Below, piece after piece: positions 1 through 10,633 of a DNA stretch of 64,000 bases. The position numbers were made by a program, and so were the translations under genes. How positions within the stretch are numbered: the stretch's first letter is position 1; the number at the start of each line of letters is the position of its first letter. Below the pieces are notes generated by a model. The model saw nothing but the letters and a program-made list of their open reading frames with translations, made no database searches and was not told the origin of the DNA. Source of the DNA: Desulfosudaceae bacterium (GTDB taxonomy: Bacteria; Desulfobacterota; Desulfobacteria; Desulfobacterales; Desulfosudaceae); NCBI GenBank assembly GCA_963674745.2, contig CAXXDV010000001.1, positions 288,001 to 352,000 of the forward strand, written 5' to 3'.

Positions 1-126
1 CTGAGGCACATCGCCACTCCCGCCGCCAGAAAACAGCCGCCGCCCCGGCAACAGCCGGGCATACATCCGCTTGTTCGGGATGCCCTGGATATATTCGGCG
101 GCGATATCGTAACCAACAGGACTTGA
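1..126 (+). CDS. dnaX: 3' end of probable DNA polymerase III gamma/tau subunit (partial)
   Basis: Frame 1 reads ...HPLVRDALDIFGGDIVTNRT* (TGA 124-126), resembling DnaX C-termini. It lies directly upstream of ybaB-recR, the conserved gene order. Confidence 0.7.
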   Translation: MRHIATPAARKQPPPRQQPGIHPLVRDALDIFGGDIVTNRT

Positions 127-150
127 GTATTATCAAGCAGGAGGACAAAA

Positions 151-462
151 ATGAAAAATATGGGCAATATGATGAAGCAGGCACAGAAGCTTCAGGCCAA
201 AATGATGAAAATGCAGGAAGAGCTTGCGGACAAAACAATTGAAGCCAGTGTCGGCGGCGGTATGGTCAAAGTGGTTGCCAATGGCCGGCAGCAGATCGTC
301 TCACTGACCATCGAAAAAGAAGTCGTCGATCCCGAAGACGTGGAAATGCTTCAGGACCTGGTCCTTTCGGCCGTCAATGACGCACTGGCCCGATCACAGG
401 AGATGGTATCATCGGAAATGAGCAAGCTGACCGGCGGCATGAACATCCCCGGCCTGATGTAG
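151..462 (+). CDS. ybaB: YbaB/EbfC nucleoid-associated protein
   Basis: MMKQAQKLQ...GGGMVKV...DVEMLQDLV motifs; GGAGG RBS; precedes recR. Confidence 0.95.
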   Translation: MKNMGNMMKQAQKLQAKMMKMQEELADKTIEASVGGGMVKVVANGRQQIVSLTIEKEVVDPEDVEMLQDLVLSAVNDALARSQEMVSSEMSKLTGGMNIPGLM

Positions 463-469
463 CCCGCGT

Positions 470-1069
470 ATGAACCAATACCCGCAATCCATCCGCAATG
501 CCATCAACCAGCTGGTCCGCCTGCCGGGCATCGGCCAGCGAACCGCCGAGCGACTGGCCATGCACCTGCTGCGCACAAGTGAAAAAGACATTAACAACCT
601 CGCCCGGAGCCTGGTCGACCTGAAAAAGCAGACCGTATTGTGTTCAAAATGTTTTACCTTGAGTGACAGCCCCCTTTGCCGGATATGCCGGGATCCTTCA
701 CGGACCCAAACGTTGTTGTGCGTTGTCGAAGGGCCGGCGGAAATGATGGCCGTTGAAAATACCGGCGCCTATAACGGTATTTATCATGTCCTTCACGGCG
801 TGCTGTCGCCCATGGACGGCATCGGGCCTGACGACATCAGAATTAACGAGCTGATCAAGCGGGTCGGGCAGGGGGAGGCCACCGAAATCGTTCTGGCCAC
901 CAGCACCCAGGTTGAAGGCGAGGCGACCGCCGCCTATCTGGCCGAACGATTGAAGCCATATAATATCACCGTCACCCGCATCGCCTCCGGCATGCCGGTC
1001 GGCGGCGACTTGAAATACACCGATCCGGTTACACTTAAAAACGCCATGGAAAAACGCCATGCCATATAA
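470..1069 (+). CDS. recR: Recombination mediator RecR
   Basis: LPGIGQRTAERLA HhH, CSKC...CRIC zinc finger, Toprim CVVE, YHVLHGVLSP. Confidence 0.97.
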   Translation: MNQYPQSIRNAINQLVRLPGIGQRTAERLAMHLLRTSEKDINNLARSLVDLKKQTVLCSKCFTLSDSPLCRICRDPSRTQTLLCVVEGPAEMMAVENTGAYNGIYHVLHGVLSPMDGIGPDDIRINELIKRVGQGEATEIVLATSTQVEGEATAAYLAERLKPYNITVTRIASGMPVGGDLKYTDPVTLKNAMEKRHAI

Positions 1070-1478
1070 AAGTATTACGGCCGAAGATATATTCCAGTGC
1101 CAGATGTGCGGCGAGTGCTGCCGCGGTTACGGCGGTACCTACCTGACGGAAAAAGACGTCACCGCCATTTCCGCTTATCTCAAAATTGATGAGGCATCTT
1201 TTTTGAAAACATATTGCACCTATTCCGGAAGCCGTCCCATCCTGGCCCAGAAAGAAGACGGATTCTGCATGTTCTGGGAGGACAAGATGTGTTCTATCCA
1301 TCCGGTCAAACCCCGCATGTGCAAAGCCTGGCCGTTCATCGAAAGCGTGCTGGCGGATATCGGGAACTGGGAAATCATGTCCGCCTTCTGCCCGGGCATC
1401 CGGACTGAATTTCCGCCGGAAGTGATTCAGTCCTGCGTCCGAAAAGAACTGGAGAAATCCCGTGATCGGCATTTTTGA
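1059..1478 (+). CDS. YkgJ-family cysteine-cluster (Fe-S/Zn) protein
   Basis: CQMCGECC...C...CSIHPVKPRMCKAWPF pattern. Confidence 0.85.
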   Translation: MPYKSITAEDIFQCQMCGECCRGYGGTYLTEKDVTAISAYLKIDEASFLKTYCTYSGSRPILAQKEDGFCMFWEDKMCSIHPVKPRMCKAWPFIESVLADIGNWEIMSAFCPGIRTEFPPEVIQSCVRKELEKSRDRHF

Positions 1479-2247
1479 CTCAGGCCTGGGCGGGCTGACC
1501 GTGGCCCGTGCCATTATGGACGCCCTTCCCGGCTACGATATCGTCTATTTCGGCGATACGGCCCGCACCCCCTACGGCGCGAAAAGCGCCAGCACGGTTG
1601 AAAAATACGCCCTCGAAGATACGGACCTGCTGCTTGACCGGGGCGCCAAAATCATCGTCATAGCCTGCAACAGCGCCGCCAGCGTGGCCACCGACAGTAT
1701 CGTAAAGACCTTCCATGTGCCCGTATTTGAAGTCATCACCCCGGCGGTTGAAACAGCTATTTCAATGACGAAAACCGGCGCCTTCGGCGTTATCGGCACC
1801 CGCGCCACCATCGCCAGCGGTATATACGAAAAGAAAATCATCGAGCAGCGTCCCGATGCCAGGGTCTATTCCCTGGCCTGCCCCCTGCTGGTGCCGCTGG
1901 TGGAAGAAGGGTGGATGAAAAAGCCGGAAACCGCCATGATCGTCAAAAAATACCTGCACCCCTTAAAGACAAAGCCCATTGACGCCCTGATTCTGGGCTG
2001 CACCCATTATCCTATCTTAAAAAAAACCATCCAGCAGAAAATCGGCAAGGGGGTAAAAGCCATTGACTCGGCCACGGTGGTGGCGCAAAGCGTCAAACAG
2101 CACATCGACACCCATCCCGAAACCGCAGCCATGCTGTCAACCGGCGGCGAAACCCGTTTCCTGGTTTCCGATGTCACCGATCAGTTCAAAAAAACGGCCC
2201 AGATGATCCTGAACCGGAACGTCCGGCTGGAGCATATCAGTCTTTAA
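1462..2247 (+). CDS. murI: Glutamate racemase
   Basis: IGIFDSGLGGLTV, IACNSA and LGCTHYP catalytic motifs. Confidence 0.97.
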   Translation: MIGIFDSGLGGLTVARAIMDALPGYDIVYFGDTARTPYGAKSASTVEKYALEDTDLLLDRGAKIIVIACNSAASVATDSIVKTFHVPVFEVITPAVETAISMTKTGAFGVIGTRATIASGIYEKKIIEQRPDARVYSLACPLLVPLVEEGWMKKPETAMIVKKYLHPLKTKPIDALILGCTHYPILKKTIQQKIGKGVKAIDSATVVAQSVKQHIDTHPETAAMLSTGGETRFLVSDVTDQFKKTAQMILNRNVRLEHISL

Positions 2248-2250
2248 TTT

Positions 2251-2631
2251 TTATTTCAGCAGATCTCTGATGGACATCAGTTCGGCGGTGATTTCTTCTA
2301 AAAAATCCGTACTCTCTTTTGACTTCTTTCTTGATTTCAAGTACTTTCTGGCGCCTTTTAAGGTGAATTTCTTTTGATAAAGCAGGTACTTGATTTTTAA
2401 TACCTGCTCGATGTCGGACCGGCTGTAAAGGCGCTGACCGGCCTCGGTTCGACCGGGCGAAAGCTGCGGGAATTCGGATTCCCAGAAGCGCAGTACATGG
2501 GCGGCCACACCGGTCAGCCCGCAGACCTCCCCGATCCTGAAATACAGCTTGTCGGGAATAGGTGGCAGGTCTTCAAATTCCTGGGGAATCAATGAAATGG
2601 TGGTATCGCCTTTTTTTTCCGGCATGGGCAT
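2251..2631 (-). CDS. MerR-family transcriptional regulator
   Basis: IPDKLYFRIGEV...HVLRFWESEF...GQRLY; this subfamily typically follows pheT/ihfA. Confidence 0.9.
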   Translation of the reverse strand: MPMPEKKGDTTISLIPQEFEDLPPIPDKLYFRIGEVCGLTGVAAHVLRFWESEFPQLSPGRTEAGQRLYSRSDIEQVLKIKYLLYQKKFTLKGARKYLKSRKKSKESTDFLEEITAELMSIRDLLK

Positions 2632-2670
2632 CCATCCGTCACGTTGGCCTGAATAACCGTCAACCGGGGT

Positions 2671-5088
2671 TCAGGCAGGCAACTGTGCTGAAAATGCCTC
2701 GATGAGCCTGCCAGCGATCTCGCTGTGAATCCGGTTGACGAATTTGTCTTTCAGTGTTGCGTCCTGCGAACGATATACAACCCTGAAGGAGAGACTCTTT
2801 TTTCCGGCCGGTATGTTCCCCCCCTCATAAACATCGAGCACCTCAATATTTTCTATCAGATTTCCCCCGTCTTCTTCAAGAAAATTCAAAATCCGCTGTG
2901 CTTCGACGGTCAAATCGACAATAACCGTAATATCCCTTGAGACCGACGGGAATCTGGATAACCGGCCGGCCTCAAGCAGGTCGGACAACAACGGCACCAC
3001 CGCCGACATGTTCAGTTCAAAGACAAAGGCCGGCTTTTTTAGATCAAATTTTTCCAGCAGCCCGGCGGCCACCTCTCCGACCATCCCCACTTCCACACCG
3101 GAAACGTCGACCCGCGCCGTATATCCCGGCCGGGTAATAAGACAACGTTCTTTCGGCATGGCGGTAAAACCGCACGTCGGCGCGCCGAGTTCTTTCAACA
3201 GAGACTCCAGAGCGCCCTTGATGTCAAAAAAGTCACACGGTTCTTCAGGCAAATGCCACGATTTTCGCCTGACGGCCCCGGCCATCAAGGCGGTGATCAT
3301 TTCCGGCTCCTCGGGCAGGTCTTCATCAGCGTTGTTTTTCCAGAACACCCGCCCGGTTTCGAACAGCTTCATATCACTGATCTGTTGTGACAGGTTATGC
3401 CGCATGGTTGAAAGAAGCCCCGGGATCAATGACGTCCGCATGACCGATTGATCGGCCGCCAGGGGATTTAAAATATTAATCGGTTCAACCGGCCCGGCCG
3501 TATTGAGTACGTCCATCCGCTCACAGGCCGTTTCACTGATAAAAGCGTAAGACACGATCTCCGAAAAGCCGAACCCCCTCATCGCCCCCCGGAAACGCTG
3601 CCGCCAGTCGAACATCAAGGCCGGATTGCCGCTGTCGCCGCTGATGACGGGAAAGGTAACCGGTATCTTGTTATATCCCCAGAGCCGGGCGACCTCTTCC
3701 GAGATATCCTCCGGCCGTTCCACGTCCACCCGGAAAGAAGGGACCGTAATCGACATCAGGTCATCATCCGTTTTATCGACACCAAATCCCACAGACCCTA
3801 GAAGATCGGACATTTCATTAATATTAAGGCCGGTGCCCAGCCGTCGATTGATGGCGTCAACGCTGACCGTTATGTTTTTTTCTTCGGCCGGCCGGGGATG
3901 GTTGTCAATCACGCCTTTGGCCATCGTTCCGCCCGCGATCTCGACCATCAGCTGCGTGGCCCGATCAGCCGCCAAAAGGGTCCCCAGCGGGTCCACACCC
4001 CGTTCAAAACGATGGGCGGCATCACTGCCAAGGCCCAGGAGCTTGGCCGTTTTTCGAATACTGGTGGGATTAAAGCAGGCGCTTTCAAGCAGAACGCGGG
4101 TAGTCTGTTCGGTGATCTCGGAATTCATGCCGCCCATGACACCGCCCACGGCAACCGGTTTTTGGGCATCACAGATCATCAGCATGTCCGAAGAGAGCGG
4201 CCGCTCCTTTTCGTCCAGCGTTACAAAAGATGAAACGGAACCGGCCCGCTGGACCACAATCCGGTTCTCAGCCAGCCGGTCAAGGTCAAAGGCATGCAAC
4301 GGCTGCCCGGTTTCCATCATCACAAAATTGGTAATATCAACAATGTTATTGATGGGCTTCAGGCCGACCGACAGCAAACGATCCTTCAACCAGAACGGCG
4401 ATTCAGCAACCTTTATATCCAGCACCACCCGGGCGACATAGCGCGTGCACAGTTCCGGGTCCTTGATCTCAACCGACGAGTAGTCGCTGATATTATCGAC
4501 GCCTTCGGGCAGTTCAAATTCGGGTAAAGTCAGTTTCTGACCGGTAAAACCGGCCACCTCCCGCGCCACCCCGATAATGCTGAGGCAATCGGGACGATTC
4601 GGGGTCAGGTCGATTTCCAGCACCCAATCGGACAAAGACAAGGCCTCGGCCAGCGGTGTCCCGGGGTTTACGGCTTGTTGAATTTCCATAATCCCGTCGC
4701 TGTCCGGACCAACGGCCAACTCGACTGCGCTGCAAAGCATGCCCCGGGACACAACCCCCCGGATCTTGCTTTTCTTGATCGTCATGCCGTTGGGCAGAAC
4801 AAAACCGGGCCGCACCAGCGCGGTCAGCATGTCTTTCTTGACGTTCGGCGCCCCGCAAACCACGGCGACCTCCCCGTCCCCGGCATCTACCCGGCAAACC
4901 GTCAGATGATCGGCGTCAGGATGGGCATCGACGCTGATGACTTTGCCGACAACGGCACCGTCCAGATACGCGAATCGATCAAAAACCCCGTCGACCTCGA
5001 GCCCGGCCATGGTCAGGGCATCGGCTATCTCGGACACGGGCAGAGAAACCGGCACATATTGATTTAACCAGCTTAAACTGACTTGCAT
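2671..5088 (-). CDS. pheT: Phenylalanine-tRNA ligase beta subunit
   Basis: 805 aa; VVCGAPNV, LTPNRPDCLS, RFERGVD and FDX-ACB C-terminus. Confidence 0.98.
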   Translation of the reverse strand: MQVSLSWLNQYVPVSLPVSEIADALTMAGLEVDGVFDRFAYLDGAVVGKVISVDAHPDADHLTVCRVDAGDGEVAVVCGAPNVKKDMLTALVRPGFVLPNGMTIKKSKIRGVVSRGMLCSAVELAVGPDSDGIMEIQQAVNPGTPLAEALSLSDWVLEIDLTPNRPDCLSIIGVAREVAGFTGQKLTLPEFELPEGVDNISDYSSVEIKDPELCTRYVARVVLDIKVAESPFWLKDRLLSVGLKPINNIVDITNFVMMETGQPLHAFDLDRLAENRIVVQRAGSVSSFVTLDEKERPLSSDMLMICDAQKPVAVGGVMGGMNSEITEQTTRVLLESACFNPTSIRKTAKLLGLGSDAAHRFERGVDPLGTLLAADRATQLMVEIAGGTMAKGVIDNHPRPAEEKNITVSVDAINRRLGTGLNINEMSDLLGSVGFGVDKTDDDLMSITVPSFRVDVERPEDISEEVARLWGYNKIPVTFPVISGDSGNPALMFDWRQRFRGAMRGFGFSEIVSYAFISETACERMDVLNTAGPVEPINILNPLAADQSVMRTSLIPGLLSTMRHNLSQQISDMKLFETGRVFWKNNADEDLPEEPEMITALMAGAVRRKSWHLPEEPCDFFDIKGALESLLKELGAPTCGFTAMPKERCLITRPGYTARVDVSGVEVGMVGEVAAGLLEKFDLKKPAFVFELNMSAVVPLLSDLLEAGRLSRFPSVSRDITVIVDLTVEAQRILNFLEEDGGNLIENIEVLDVYEGGNIPAGKKSLSFRVVYRSQDATLKDKFVNRIHSEIAGRLIEAFSAQLPA

Positions 5089-5089
5089 A

Positions 5090-6094
5090 TCAAAACTGCC
5101 TTAAAAACCTTATATCGTTCTCAAAAAACTTCCGGGTATCGTCAATATTGTACTTCAGCATGGCAATGCGCTCCACCCCCATTCCAAAGGCAAACCCCGT
5201 GTATTTTGACGTGTCATAGCCGATATTTTCAAACACGGCCGGATGGACCATACCGGCACCGAGAATTTCCAGCCAGCCCGTTTGGGAACAGATCCGGCAG
5301 CCCCTGCCCTTACAGGCGACACAACGGATATCGACTTCGGCACTCGGCTCGGTAAAAGGAAAATAACTGGGGCGGAACCGCAGGGCGGTTTCCTTGCTGA
5401 ACATTTTATGAACAAACACCGTGAGCGTACCCTTGAGATCTCCAAAAGAGACATTCCGGTCGACCATCAGACCTTCGACCTGATGAAACATCGGCGTGTG
5501 CGTCACATCAGAGTCACACCGGAAAACCTTGCCGGGAGCAAGAATACGAACAGGGGGAGACTGCTTTTCCATGGCCCTGGGTTGCGATGGTGATGTGTGC
5601 GTCCTTAAAACAACATTATCGGAAATGTAGAAGGTGTCCTGCATGTCCCTGGCAGGGTGGTGTTTGGGAATATTCAGGGCCTCGAAATTATAATAATCTG
5701 ATTCGATCTCCGGGCCTTCGACAATATCAAAGCCCATTTTCGAAAAGATATCACATATCTGTCGGGTAATACGGGTGATGGGATGGAGGGTGCCCCTTTC
5801 AAAGCAGCGCCCCGGAAGAGACACGTCGATAGCCCCGCCGGCCTCTTTTTCCGCCGACAACGCCGCCTGGGCGTCGGCTATGCGGTCTTTTAAAAAAACT
5901 TTTACTTCATTGGCCTGTTGGCCGGCTAAAGGTCTTTCTTCAACGGGCAGGTCGGAGATACTTCTTAAAAAACGTGTCACCACGCCCTTCCTGCCCAGAT
6001 ATTTTACAGACACCGCTTCAAGACGCTCCACATCACCGGCATCCAATATGTCGTTTAAAGCCCTCGCCTTTATCTCATCAATTGATTCTGCCAC
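5090..6094 (-). CDS. pheS: Phenylalanine-tRNA ligase alpha subunit
   Basis: HPARDMQDTF, LRTHTS, FRPSYFPFTEPS, GFAFGMGVER. Confidence 0.98.
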   Translation of the reverse strand: MAESIDEIKARALNDILDAGDVERLEAVSVKYLGRKGVVTRFLRSISDLPVEERPLAGQQANEVKVFLKDRIADAQAALSAEKEAGGAIDVSLPGRCFERGTLHPITRITRQICDIFSKMGFDIVEGPEIESDYYNFEALNIPKHHPARDMQDTFYISDNVVLRTHTSPSQPRAMEKQSPPVRILAPGKVFRCDSDVTHTPMFHQVEGLMVDRNVSFGDLKGTLTVFVHKMFSKETALRFRPSYFPFTEPSAEVDIRCVACKGRGCRICSQTGWLEILGAGMVHPAVFENIGYDTSKYTGFAFGMGVERIAMLKYNIDDTRKFFENDIRFLRQF

Positions 6095-6223
6095 TTGTCA
6101 TCAAGCCTGTTTGCCAACACAAATTCTTTTGATCGCAGGGCCAAAAATGTTTCTGGTCCACCTCTTAATTTAATTGGGAAAAACGGTCTCCAGACCCGGG
6201 GAAAATGCTGCCTGCCAGCCGGA

Positions 6224-6574
6224 TCAGGCGTTCTCGGCGGCCAGGCCGACAACCTTGGCGAAACCGGTAGGATCCGAAATGGCCAGCTCGGCCAGCACTT
6301 TACGGTCCAGTTCCACACCTGCTTTTTTAAGGCCGCTCATGAACCGGCTGTAGGTCATGTCATGCATCCGCACGGCCGCGTTGATCCGGACAATCCAGAT
6401 CCGCCGGAGTTCCCGCTTGCGCTGTTTTCTGTCACGATAGGCATAGGCCAGAGCCCTGTCGACCGTGCTGGCGGCAGTCCGAAACAGCTTGCTGTGTCCG
6501 CCGCGAAAACCTCTGGCCAGTTTTAATACCTTTTTTCTTCTTCTTCGGGCTTTAAAGCCTCTCTTCACTCGCAT
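6224..6574 (-). CDS. rplT: 50S ribosomal protein L20
   Basis: MRVKRG...YAYRDRK...WIVRINAA...[10 protein letters not shown]. Confidence 0.98.
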   Translation of the reverse strand: MRVKRGFKARRRRKKVLKLARGFRGGHSKLFRTAASTVDRALAYAYRDRKQRKRELRRIWIVRINAAVRMHDMTYSRFMSGLKKAGVELDRKVLAELAISDPTGFAKVVGLAAENA

Positions 6575-6663
6575 AATACGCCTCCTGATACAACTCCGCC
6601 GCCATCAAACGACGGAATAAGAATAAACGAATCAAAGCTGTCGCAAAACAGCCGCCGGCAGGA

Positions 6664-6861
6664 TTACATCCCGGGCAACAGTCTTTTCAACGCCTTGGTA
6701 TTGGTTGTGTCACAAATATGTGATTTTCTCAACGACCGTTTACGTTTACGTGTCTTTTTGGTCAGAATGTGGCTGCCATGTGATTTAGAATAGACAAACT
6801 TGCCGGTTTTGGTGCGTTTAAAACGCTTGGCAGCAGCCCGGTTGGTTTTTATTTTCGGCAT
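6664..6861 (-). CDS. rpmI: 50S ribosomal protein L35
   Basis: [15 protein letters not shown]...HILTKK. Confidence 0.98.
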   Translation of the reverse strand: MPKIKTNRAAAKRFKRTKTGKFVYSKSHGSHILTKKTRKRKRSLRKSHICDTTNTKALKRLLPGM

Positions 6862-6994
6862 TACGGTACTCCTCTTTAATCTTTAAAAATTTATAATATC
6901 ATTTAACGGCTTAACACAGATACCCGGCAGGCGCCTTTCCCTGCCCTTTAAACCCATCATTTACAACCAATACAAAGTATCAAGCCGGCTCCTG

Positions 6995-7516
6995 TCAGGA
7001 CTTCGGGGCCAGTATCATAAAAAGATGCCGCCCTTCAAATTTAGGAGCGAATTCAACATTAGAGATATCTTCAACTTCCTCGGCTATCTGTTCCAGCAGG
7101 GCCTCGCCCTTTTCCGAAAGGGCGATTTCTCTACCCCGGAAAAAAACACTGACCTTGACCTTATCCTTACGCTCCAAAAACCGCCTGATCGACCTGATTT
7201 TTGTGTCCAGATCGTGTCTGTCGGTTTTGGGGCTGACCTTGACCTCTTTAAGGTGAACGATTACCTGCTTTTTCTTGGCCTCCTGCTGTTTTTTGGCCTG
7301 CTCATATTTATACCGCCCGTAATCCATGATTTTGCATACCGGCGGATCAGCGTGAGGTGACACTTCAACCAGATCCAGGCTTGCCTCGGCTGCTTCGGCA
7401 AGGGCTTGCTGTATGGATAAAATACCCAGCTGATCTCCAGTCGCGCTGATCACCCGTACTTCCTTTGCCTTGATGTCACTGTTGACATTGGTCCGTTGCT
7501 GTTTTGACTTAGCTAT
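6995..7516 (-). CDS. infC: Translation initiation factor IF-3 with non-canonical ATA start
   Basis: LDLVEVSP...PPVCKIMDYG. The frame is open 21 codons upstream of the track's GTG to an ATA (7516-7514) just after AAGGAGG, adding AKSKQQRTNVNSDIKAKEVR. Confidence 0.93.
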   Translation of the reverse strand: MAKSKQQRTNVNSDIKAKEVRVISATGDQLGILSIQQALAEAAEASLDLVEVSPHADPPVCKIMDYGRYKYEQAKKQQEAKKKQVIVHLKEVKVSPKTDRHDLDTKIRSIRRFLERKDKVKVSVFFRGREIALSEKGEALLEQIAEEVEDISNVEFAPKFEGRHLFMILAPKS

Positions 7517-7818
7517 GCCTGCCTCCTTATTTTAATGTTATCATCTCTTAAGCAAACAACAATTCTGCCAGTCGAAGCCTATCTTACTAACTAAATTTTT
7601 TTGTTTTATAAAAATACAAACCCAAAAGCAAGAAAAATATGATTCACCCCCTTGATTTTAACCCAAAAAAGAACAACTATAGAATCAAAGCCGTCAGGTC
7701 GCCCGAAATACGGCGATCTGTTTTTTCTTGCCTTTTAGACGACACGGGTTATATTTTAAAACCAGCAATCACAAAAGCCATCTTTCGATCTGAATAAAAT
7801 AATCAAAAGGAGTTTTTT

Positions 7819-9723
7819 TTGAACAACCAGTTTACAAAAAATATGGCCTTATGGCTTGTCATCATTCTGATGATGGTAATGCTCTATAATATTTTCAATC
7901 AGCCCAATAACAGGGAGAACCCCATTGCCTACACCGAATTCCTGACCCAGGTGGAAAGCAACAGCATCAAGAAAGTCATTATACAGGGGCGGAATCTTTA
8001 CGCCACCAGCGTCAGCGGCGAAAAATTCAAGGTATATACACCGGAGGACGACGAACTGATCAAAATCCTCCGGGAAAAAAATATTTCCATCGAAGCGCAG
8101 CCGCCGGCCGAAGCCCCCTGGTTCATGTCGGCCCTGATATCATGGCTGCCGATGATTCTGCTGATCGGCATCTGGGTCTATTTTATGCGGCAGATGCAGG
8201 CCGGCGGCGGCAAAGCACTGTCATTTGGTAAAAGCAGGGCCCGCCTTCTGTCTGACGAATCCAACAAGGTGACGTTTGACGATGTCGCCGGGATCGATGA
8301 GGCGAAAGAAGAAGTTGGTGAAATAATTGAGTTTTTAAGGGACCCCAAAAAATTCACCCGTCTGGGTGGTCGCATCCCCAAAGGCGTTTTACTGGTAGGG
8401 TCACCCGGTACCGGCAAAACCCTCCTGGCCCGTGCGATTGCCGGCGAGGCCGGGGTGCCTTTTTTCAGCATCAGCGGTTCGGACTTTGTGGAAATGTTTG
8501 TCGGCGTGGGTGCTTCCCGTGTCAGGGACCTTTTCGTTCAAGGGAAAAAAAATGCCCCCTGTATCATCTATATTGATGAAATTGACGCCGTAGGAAGGCA
8601 CCGGGGTGCCGGCCTTGGCGGTGGGCATGATGAAAGAGAACAGACATTAAACCAGCTTCTGGTGGAAATGGATGGCTTCGAGTCCAACGAAGGCGTCATT
8701 CTGATATCTTCAACCAACCGGCCGGATGTACTCGACCCCGCACTTTTGCGGCCGGGTCGGTTTGACCGCCAGGTGGTGGTTCCGCTCCCCGATATCAGGG
8801 GCCGCCGGGCCATCCTTGACGTTTATATTAAAAAAATCCCCGCTGCGCCGGATATCAGCATCATCAATCTGGCCAAAGGGACCCCGGGCTTTTCGGGCGC
8901 CGACCTGGAGAACCTGGTCAATGAAGCCGCCCTGTATGCCGCCAAACGGAACCAGGAACAGGTCACCATGAAAGATTTTGAAGATGCCAAAGATAAAGTG
9001 TACATGGGCCTGGAGCGGAAATCAAAAGTCATCCGCGAAGAAGACCGCAAGATTACGGCTTATCATGAAAGCGGGCACGCTTTGGTGGCCCGGATGCTGC
9101 CGGATACGGACGCCGTCAACAAGGTCACCATTATTCCCCGGGGTCGCGCCGCCGGGGTCACCTGGTTTCTGCCCGAAGAGCGGGATTTTAAATTCAAGGA
9201 TCAACTTGAAAGTGAACTGGCCATATCCCTGGGCGGCAGAGTGGCGGAAGAAATTATTTTTAACCGCGTCAGCACGGGAGCGGCCAACGACATCATGCAG
9301 GCCACGGAACTGGCCCAAAAGATGGTCCGCAACTGGGGCATGAGCGAAAAACTGGGACTGTTGTCCTACTCCAAAAATGATGAACAGATTTTTCTGGGCC
9401 GGGAAATCGCCCAGCACAGAGACTATTCTGAAGCCACCGCCCAGAAAATCGACGAGGAAATCGAGCGCCTCATCAAGGAAAGCCATTCCAAAGCCAGGGC
9501 TATTCTTAACGAGAACCTGGACATTCTTCATAAATTATCGGCGTTACTGCTTGAACAGGAGACCGTCCTTGGCGCCGAACTGGATGATCTGATCCGTTCC
9601 ATGCGGCCCGGCATCCAGCTCTCTGTTCCGGAAGCAGACGACCCCCCGGATGTTGAAGCGCCGGCCGAAGGCGCACCTGAGGCGCCCGGCCCATCTGCTG
9701 AAAATCAAACAAGCGCTGAATAA
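7819..9723 (+). CDS. ftsH: ATP-dependent zinc metalloprotease FtsH
   Basis: Two TM segments, Walker [26 protein letters not shown] zinc motif. Confidence 0.98.
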   Translation: MNNQFTKNMALWLVIILMMVMLYNIFNQPNNRENPIAYTEFLTQVESNSIKKVIIQGRNLYATSVSGEKFKVYTPEDDELIKILREKNISIEAQPPAEAPWFMSALISWLPMILLIGIWVYFMRQMQAGGGKALSFGKSRARLLSDESNKVTFDDVAGIDEAKEEVGEIIEFLRDPKKFTRLGGRIPKGVLLVGSPGTGKTLLARAIAGEAGVPFFSISGSDFVEMFVGVGASRVRDLFVQGKKNAPCIIYIDEIDAVGRHRGAGLGGGHDEREQTLNQLLVEMDGFESNEGVILISSTNRPDVLDPALLRPGRFDRQVVVPLPDIRGRRAILDVYIKKIPAAPDISIINLAKGTPGFSGADLENLVNEAALYAAKRNQEQVTMKDFEDAKDKVYMGLERKSKVIREEDRKITAYHESGHALVARMLPDTDAVNKVTIIPRGRAAGVTWFLPEERDFKFKDQLESELAISLGGRVAEEIIFNRVSTGAANDIMQATELAQKMVRNWGMSEKLGLLSYSKNDEQIFLGREIAQHRDYSEATAQKIDEEIERLIKESHSKARAILNENLDILHKLSALLLEQETVLGAELDDLIRSMRPGIQLSVPEADDPPDVEAPAEGAPEAPGPSAENQTSAE

Positions 9724-9731
9724 AATAACGT

Positions 9732-10604
9732 ATGAAACCTTACACGCTGAACTGGGGCGACCATTCCCTTGAACTGGGGAAACGTGCCCTGATAATGGGA
9801 ATATTGAACACCACGCCGGACTCATTTTCCGATGGCGGCAGATTTGAAACCTTCTCCGACGCCATAACCCATGCCCGGCAAATGATCGCCGACGGTGCCG
9901 ACCTGATTGATATCGGCGGAGAATCCACCCGCCCTTTTTCCGATCCGGTATCCGAAACAATGGAGATAAAACGAACCATACCCGTCATCAAACAACTTGT
10001 GCAGGAGACGGGTATCCCGCTGTCCATTGACACCAACAAAGCGGCTGTGGCCGAAGCCGCCCTGGCGGCAGGCGCGTCCATCATCAACGACATCAGCGCC
10101 CTGCGCAATGACCCGAAAATGGCATCACTGGCGGCCGAGACCGGCGTTCCCGTCATTCTCATGCATATGCAGGGGACACCCAAAACCATGCAACAGGAAC
10201 CGACGTATAAAAACGTTACGGCGGAAGTAATGGCCTTTTTAGAATCAGCCGCGGCCGAAGCAGAAGCGCAAGGCATATCTCCATCAAAAATTTTCATCGA
10301 CCCGGGCATTGGCTTCGGTAAAACAACCGACCATAACCTGACCCTGATAAAACATTTATCCCGCTTTCAATCCCTTGGCTTGCCCGTTGTGATCGGCACG
10401 TCAAGAAAAGCCTTCATCCGTAAAATCCTGGCCGGAAAATCAGCAGAACCGATTGCACCCCATATGCCGGTCGTGGAAACCGGTACCCAGGCCACGGTGG
10501 CCGCATCGATTCTGGCCGGCGCCCATATCATCCGTGTACATGACGTGGCCGGCGCAGTCGCCGTTGCTAAGATAACCGAAGCGATCAAAACCGCACCGGA
10601 TTAA
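9732..10604 (+). CDS. folP: Dihydropteroate synthase
   Basis: MGILNTTPDSFSDGG, DIGGESTRP, DPGIGFGK, SRK, RVHDV. Confidence 0.97.
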   Translation: MKPYTLNWGDHSLELGKRALIMGILNTTPDSFSDGGRFETFSDAITHARQMIADGADLIDIGGESTRPFSDPVSETMEIKRTIPVIKQLVQETGIPLSIDTNKAAVAEAALAAGASIINDISALRNDPKMASLAAETGVPVILMHMQGTPKTMQQEPTYKNVTAEVMAFLESAAAEAEAQGISPSKIFIDPGIGFGKTTDHNLTLIKHLSRFQSLGLPVVIGTSRKAFIRKILAGKSAEPIAPHMPVVETGTQATVAASILAGAHIIRVHDVAGAVAVAKITEAIKTAPD

Positions 10605-10633
10605 CCAACATCCATATATACAAGGAGTTCACC

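Noticed and set aside
6862..6994. L20 autoregulatory leader between infC and rpmI
   Set aside because: One GGCAGG/CCTGCC hairpin is present, but it cannot be matched to a known leader by eye.
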